From positions 35,774,001 to 35,838,000 of the forward strand of contig CM022671.1 of NCBI GenBank assembly GCA_012295275.1: 64,000 bases of DNA. The letters run 5' to 3'. The stretch is from Chrysomallon squamiferum (Eukaryota; Animalia; Mollusca). The notes under the pieces are model-generated. The model saw nothing but the letters and a program-made list of their open reading frames with translations. It had not been told where the DNA came from and searched no databases. The translations under genes were made by a program, and so were the position numbers. Positions 56,821-64,000 of the stretch are shown here, piece by piece; positions within the stretch are counted from its first letter, which is position 1; each line of letters opens with the position of its first letter.

Positions 56821-57220
56821 GCGGCATCCCGTTATCCAACATCAATAATAAGCAGTGATTTAAATCAAAAAGCTTTTAACGTTTTTTTTTCACTTTGTTA
56901 GTGGTTTAGTGTGAAACTGTCACCCTTCAACAGCATAAAATCTTTTAGTAACTGTCGATATTTCACTTTGCTTTGGCTCTCGTATTTCTGTCTGTTTGTC
57001 TCGCTGTTTTTCTGGCTGTTTGGTTTTTCTGTACGTATATCGGTGTGTCTGTTTCTGTCTGTCTGTCTGTTTCGGTTTCAGTCAATCTGTTTACGTCCAT
57101 CCGTCTATCTGTCTCTCTTAGTATCTGTCTGTGTAATTACTGTATTGATATAGGTGCTTTCATATGTACCTATGTGCGTCTATATATGTATGTATGACTC
57201 TCTCTCTCTCTCTCTCTCTC

Positions 57221-57315
<95 letters not shown>

Positions 57316-57472
57316 CTATATCTATTTATCTATTTGTCTGCCTGTCTGTCTCTCTGTATCTCTTTGCTTGACGTATGCAAATATTTCGTTTTTTCCATTC
57401 ACAGATATACAGTTTTATATTTACAGCACGTGACCCACTAGCTGAGAGACGGGGGGGGGAGGGTTTTCTTAC

Positions 57473-57588
57473 TTGATTAGGAAGGAAACTCCGTTTTCTT
57501 TCAGGTTCAGACTAACGAGTCGCCAGCTGGCTCTGATAGCCTCCTTCTCCCTGGGGGTGAGTCCCGTGTCTGCATCAGGTGTATCCAT
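57473..57588 (-). CDS. Globin C coding exon 1 (gene join complement 57588-57473,55441-55216,54339-54157; 174 aa myoglobin/cytoglobin-like globin)
   Basis: MDTPDADTGLTPREKEAIRASWRLVSLNLKENGVSFLI+AA|GTAAGA. Contains the classic GLTxxEKxAIxxSW A-helix motif. B12.2 intron. Acceptor TTCACAG 15 nt upstream of the ATG, so the exon starts at 57603. Confidence 0.92.
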
Positions 57589-58152
57589 GCTTCTCCCTGC
57601 GCGCTGTGAAGATAAAAACACTCTATGATGAAGCGAAAGGAAAATACGTAGAAAGACGGACAATGAAGAACGAATGAAGAAAATGAAAAACAATGGAAAA
57701 GAGATTAAAATAAAATAAATGTTAAGCTACATAAAAAAGAAAAGAAAAACCAAAAAAAAAAAAAAAAAAAAAAGATAAAATGGAAGGATGCGTTGAAGGA
57801 GATAATGAATGAAAGAATAGATTGAATAAACGAATTAAATGATGATTGAATGAATTAATGAATAAATGTGAATAACTCAGTAAAGTTAAAATTGAAAATT
57901 AAATTTGACAAATGTTTTAAAAATTGTTATTAAACCCGATTTTCTCTCTCTTCTTTTACTTCTATCTTTCTTCTTTCTTTTTTCCTTTATTCTCGTTACA
58001 TATCAACACATACACACATATATACACGCACACACACACACACACACACTCACACACATACATACAAAAATACTCACACACAAACATACACACACAGACT
58101 TACACCTAATATTTACACATACATACACACATTCACAAACACACAGAAAAAT

Positions 58153-58183
<31 letters not shown>

Positions 58184-59271
58184 CACACACAAACATACAC
58201 TCATACAGACACACCGAAATTAAAGCGAATTTTACGTCACACCAGTTTGTGTCTAATTACGAAATACTCCCGCAGTAGCCGCAATCTCACAGATGCCGGA
58301 ATATTCACAGTTCTTCAAACTTCTCAGTAATGACGTACATTCACACGTCTTGTCAACCGTTCAGCACTTCCTGAAACACACCAGCTTAATTTCCGAATAA
58401 TTAAATCTTGCGCTCAACGTAAAAAGCAGTGGGGCTACGTCTGAAGAGCGGATACAAAACTGCGACGGTTCAGTCTGAAACTTGTATTGATTCAATCAAC
58501 GCGAAGCCGCCGAGGAAACCGGCAGCGAGTCACAGTTTAAACAGTGGAAACTGGCAGTGACAGATTTCTCCAGCTCTGCAAATTAACAGACACCCGCTGA
58601 CGTCACGAGGTTCTGTACTGGCTACATATCTCGTAGATATGTCAAAAAAACCAACAACAACAACAAAACAAGAAATGAAATAAGCAAAAAAAAAAAAAAA
58701 AAAAAAAAAGAAAGAAAGAAAGAAAAAAGAAGAAAGAAGAAAAAAGAAGAAAGAAAGAAGAAAAAAAGAAAAAGAAGAAGAAAACAAATTAACCCCCAAA
58801 AAGAAGAACATTTTGAAATCGTTTTTTTCTTTTAGTAATGTAGTTCTAAGACAATCGATGAATATTAAGTTAGTTTTAAAAATATTTTAGTTATTTAAAA
58901 TTATAAAAAAAAAAAAAAAAAAAAATTAAGAAGGAAAAAGAGGAAGTAGAAGAAGAAAAAAATAAGCTGCAATTATCACTTTGCAGAAACATTTAATTTA
59001 ATAACGTACAGTTTCAGAAATGAAGTAATTTAGAAAGTAACAGATGGTATTTTTCTTTGCCACTCGGCTGGAAATTATTGATATAACAATGTTATTTTAA
59101 AAACAACAGACCTAAAGTAAGTACATTAATGCTGATAATCAGAACGCGCAAAGCTTGGCTACCTTAATTTTAATGACTAATTTTGTATTAATTAAGATTT
59201 AATAGTATAAAACTATAATATTCTGATAGATCTTATTTATAAATTACTTTGTGTTTTTACATTACCTATTA

Positions 59272-60078
59272 ATACCATTTCTGTTCTACGTTACATTTCA
59301 ATAACATTTCTAATCTACGTTACCTTTCAATAACATTTCTATTCTACGTTAACTTCCAGTGACATTTCTGTTCTACGTTACCTTTCAATAACATTTCTAT
59401 TCTACGTTACCTTTCAGTGACATTTCTGTTCTACGTTACCTTTCAGTAACATTTCTGTTCTACGTTACCTTTCAATAACATTTCTATTCTACGTTACCTT
59501 TCAATAACATTTCTATTCTACGTTACCTTTCAATAACATTTCTAATCTACGTTACCTTTCAATAACATTTCTATTCTATGTTAACTTCCAGTGACATTTC
59601 TATTATATGTTACCTTTCAATAACATTTCTATTATTGGTTACCTTTCAATAATATTTCTATTCTACACTACCTTTCAATAACATTTTTAATCTACCTTAA
59701 CTTTCAGTGACATGTGTATTCTACGTTACCTTTCAATAATATTTCTGTTATATGTTAGTATTCAATGACATTTTTTTCTACGTTACCTTTCAAAAACATT
59801 TCTATTCTACGTTACCTTTCAATATTTCTATTCTACGTTACCTTTCAGTAACATTTGTATTCTGCGTTATCTTTCATTGACATTTCTGTTATTTGTTACC
59901 ATTCAATAACATTTCTGTTCTACGTTATCTGTTGATGACATTTCTATTCTACGTTACCTTTCAATGACATTTCTGTTCTACGTTAAGTTTCATTGAAATT
60001 TCTATTCTATTTTACCTTTCAGTGTTATTTCTATTCTTCATGACTTTTAACTGATATTTCTATTCTAGTTACCTTTCA
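59272..60078. repeat. 29-bp minisatellite, about 27 copies
   Basis: Unit TTCTATTCTACGTTACCTTTCAATAACAT, decaying towards the right end. Confidence 0.93.
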
Positions 60079-60501
60079 GCAGTTGCCTTTTAAAGATTAT
60101 TTTTATTGGCCATCATTACTAGACTTCTTTTAATTCAAACTGAAAGCTAATACACATATACTTTATAGTTTCAGTACACTTAGAAACAAGTACCAAGTCC
60201 CTGGGTAAATCGGTTTTCACATTAGCCACTCGACTATGTTTTGCTGTTCAAATACAAATGAAAATGTTAAAACTAATATTTGTATTATTAACAGGCTCGT
60301 CATTAGCTTAGCTGATAACCCATTACAGTGAGAGTGACAGTGGTTGCTAATATATCTGGCCATTTCTTTGCCTGCCTAAGTGTCTGTCTATTTTCCTGTC
60401 TCTGTCTGTTTCCCTATGTCTCTGTCTGTTTTCCTATGTCTCTGTCTGTTTCCCTATGTCTCTGTCTGTTTCTCTGCCTGTGTATTTGACTCTTTGTCTG
60501 C

Positions 60502-60574
<73 letters not shown>

Positions 60575-60992
60575 TATCGATTCATTTGTCTATCCATCCA
60601 GCCATCAAAAATTCATGTTTGTCCATATCTCTGTTTATTTTATATGTGTCTGTCTGTCTATCATGATCATAAATATTAAATGATATAAAATTAGACTGAA
60701 ATGTGGTGAGTATGGCATTAAATAATAAAAAACATTCCTCCTGTTCTCCTCTTATTTATTTAGACTTTAAAAACAAATAAGTAAGTAAGTAAGAAAGTAA
60801 ATAAATAAATAACAAATAAATAAATAATTAAATAAATAAACATAAATAAATAAAGAAGTAAATAAATAAACAAAGAAACAAACGAAAAAGTAAGTAAGTA
60901 AATAAATAAATAAATAAATTAATTAACAGTCTCATCGCTAATGCTAAACAAAAGAGATTGTAGTTTAAAATTTGCTACGATCGAGTACTCAC

Positions 60993-61052
60993 CACTGAGG
61001 AGAATATCACAACGAGTCTGGGTTTTGTGAAAGAGCGGCTGAACGAGGTGTT
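60993..61052 (-). other. Possible non-coding first exon of globin C
   Basis: Minus-strand donor GTG|GTGAGT at 60992, in unique sequence upstream of the globin C acceptor at 57604. The 5' end of the exon is uncertain. Confidence 0.3.
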
Positions 61053-62461
61053 TTCTGTGAAACTAGACACAGAACTGAAAGAACGCTGTAATTACCAGCT
61101 GTAGAGTTATTGGTCAGCATGAAGAAAATGTCGTGTCAGAGTTCACAGTGATTTCTCAATATCTGAAAAATAAGAAATATCAGGGGCGTTAACTCTGACA
61201 GACAAGGATAGTGATATATTGTAATAGCTAATAAACGTTACCAATACTACTACTACTACTTATTGCTATTACTACTTAAGTATTAAATATTTTACATTAT
61301 AGGGAAGTGAGTGCTGGCATACACATGAAGACAAGACAGACATACGTAATAGACACTAATAGTGTGTCCTGAACAGATTAATAAATAAAAGCCATGTTGA
61401 AGTTAAACAGTACACATTTCTATCAATATATTTACGTCGTCTAATATTAGATTAGTAGTAAATCGGATCGAATACGTCTACTGGCCACTATGTGTGTATG
61501 TGTGTGTGTGTGTATAAATATATGTGTGAAGATGTCAGACGACTACGCTCTTACTTCCCTGCATCTAACTAACTAACATACTAATTCTGATAGAGAAGAC
61601 ATTTTTTTCTGCATTGGTTGTCGTACATGATAATTACGAGCACGTTAAAACTTCACCCAAGTCAGAAATTCGTGACGACTAGTTCGAACAGCACATGTTT
61701 TCAGTCGAAGTGTTTGCTGCGTCGTGTTCGATCTCGCGCGTTGATACGACAGCAGTAAAACCATGACTGGCAGCCGAATAAACGTACACGCACACACGTC
61801 ACCGTGCTGGCGTGCGTGGAACAGGGGAAATAACTCTATCCGAGGTATCTCGTTACCAGCAGCAGTCTGCCCACTGCAGCTCTGTGGAAACTGATCCACC
61901 TGAGATTGTTGTTACTTGATAACACTTATCTCTTCTGACCGTTATTATTCGCGTAACAAAGACAGCAAACTAGAAAGCGTTATAACTTTCGTGGTTTTTT
62001 TTTCATTCTTGAACTCACGTGCAGGATGCCGTTAGAGTGTAAATTGCCAGGTAATGACCCAGAAACATCTGTACAGCGGTTACGAATATTCTCTGTTCAC
62101 AGTTTGTTCTGAAATATACGTATTTGAAAGGCGAGTGGACGGACGGACATTATTAAGGGCACAAAAACAACAACTGACAGACAGACTGATAAACTGAAAT
62201 ATTCAGAAGACATATTTCTGTCATCAGGTGGGCCGACCCAACAACAATGAAAGAGAAAAGCATTAAAAACATTTTTTTTTATAATATTAGTGATAATCTA
62301 CATCACAATGTAATTATAACTTTAAGTGTTACAGAAAGGTAATATACTAGACAAAAAACCTACACGAAGAAATATTTTATGTAATCACAGACAAGAGAAC
62401 ACAGACTTTGATAAACCTGCCAAGAACCACTGGTTGGAACGGAAAATACAAGTAAAGAAAA

Positions 62462-63460
62462 ACACCGACACCACCACCACTACTACAACTTCTACTACCA
62501 TCAGCACTACTACAACTTCTACTACCACCACCACCACTACTACAAAGTCTACTACCACAACCACCATTACAACTTCTACTACCACCACCACCACTACAAC
62601 TTCTACTACCACCACCACTACTACAACTTCTACTACCACCACCACCACTACAACTTCTACTACCACCACTACAACTTCTACTACCACCACCACCACCACT
62701 ACCAACTTCTACTACCACCACCACCACCACTACCACTACTACTACCACCACCACCACACCACCACCACCACTACTACAACTTCTACTACCACTACCACCA
62801 CCACCACTACACCACTACTCTACTACCACCACCACCACTACTACAACTTCTACCCACCACCACTACAACTTCTACTACCACCACCACCACCACCACCACC
62901 ACCACCACACCACTTCTACCACCACCACCACCACCACTACCACCCAACTTCTACAACACTACTACACCACCACACCACCACCACTACTACCACACCACCA
63001 CTACTCTACTACCACCACCACCACCACCACAACTTCTACTACTACCACCACCACCACTACAACTTACAACTACTACCACCACCACCACCACCACTACAAC
63101 TCAACTACTACTACAACACCACCACTACCACCACCACCACTACAACTTCTACTACCACCACAACCACTACAACTTCTACTACCACCACAACCACTACAAC
63201 TTATACTACCAGAACCACCACTATAACGTCTACTACCACCACCACTACTACAACTTCTACTACCACCACAACCACTACAACTTATACTACCAGAACCACC
63301 ACTATAACGTCTACCACCACCACTACAACCACCACTACTACAACTTCTACTACCACCACCACTACAACTTCTACTACCAGAACCACCACTATAACGTCTA
63401 CTACAACCACCACCACTACAACTTCTACTACCACTGCTCCTCCTCCTGCTACCTATTACT
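62462..63460. repeat. (ACC/ACT)n low-complexity array with a recurrent ACTACAACTTCTACT unit
   Basis: Direct inspection; gives the Thr/His/Pro-rich 379-aa pseudo-ORF. Confidence 0.9.
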
Positions 63461-63908
63461 ATTAGAAAAAGAAAAACAAATTTCGTTTCTGTTTTATAAA
63501 AATTTATATTTCTTATTAATTGCATGCAGGTATTCAGTAAATGAAAAAAAATTATCATACTTATTTTTTTTTTTTTTAACCGTTTTATATTTAGTAATAA
63601 TATACTATAAATTTTAAAACGAAAAATAGAAAGAAGAAAAACAAAAGAACAAGAAAAATAATGAATTTTTTAAAAATAAAATCGATTGAATGAAAGTGAA
63701 ATATTAAAAAATAAAAAAAAAATAAAAATAAAGAAAGAAAAAGAAAAAAGCAACTGGTTTAATCACGTGATTAGTTGTGTGTTAACAAATTTAACCAATT
63801 AAATCGTTCTGCGTACCCGCACATGTGGCATGCGCGTGTCTGGGCGTGTTCTCTTAACGCAAATCTAACGGTACATCTAGTCACGTGACAACAGAATTGG
63901 ATATAATT

Positions 63909-63997
63909 ATGGCGGTTTTCGCTGTTTCCGAGCAAGTTAAAGATTTGATTAAGAAAGTAAGAAGGTGTCTGAATTTACACAGTTCAAATTTACACAG
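63909..63997 (+). CDS. Possible first coding exon of the next gene
   Basis: ATGGCG start, MAVFAVSEQVKDLIKKVRRCLNLHSSNLH, ending at CAG|GTA at the window edge (alternative donor near 63957). Preceded by a CpG-rich promoter with GCATGCGC and GTCACGTGAC. Confidence 0.35.
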
Positions 63998-64000
63998 GTA

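Noticed and set aside
57589-61100. N-terminal acylation extension (globin X-like MG/C motif) for globin C
   Set aside because: The 15 nt before the ATG are open (RAGRS), but I found no upstream ATG-GGN exon with a compatible donor.
62326-63465. 379-aa Thr/His/Pro-rich ORF resembling a mucin
   Set aside because: It arises from an ACC/ACT trinucleotide array that lacks stops, and the repeat register drifts between frames (T to H/Y to P). It starts at GTG and has no signal peptide.

Overview
AT-rich, microsatellite-laden animal genomic DNA, probably a lophotrochozoan (inferred: gastropod mollusc). Almost all long ORFs in the supplied track are simple-repeat artefacts. The real content is a cluster of three intact spliced globin genes, all with the ancestral B12.2 and G7.0 introns. 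Globin A: +, 13200-14372, 138 aa, Phe-B10/Gln-E7. Globin B: +, 44064-45067, only 130 aa, Phe-B10/Gln-E7, resembling the nemertean nerve mini-haemoglobin. Globin C: -, 57588-54157, 174 aa, His-E7 flanked by three Cys. Globins A and B have predicted non-coding first exons, promoters sharing HIF/ERR/Rel-type motifs, and a co-linear conserved 3'UTR module. The globin A leader could fold into an IRE-like hairpin that exists only after splicing. A 64-aa hydrophobic small ORF with its own CRE/CCAAT promoter and a uORF sits between the convergent globins B and C. The window also holds a recent tandem duplication with an internal deletion (24515-29243), several minisatellites, several RFX X-boxes, and probable first exons of unrelated genes at both ends. 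All calls were made by eye without database searches.
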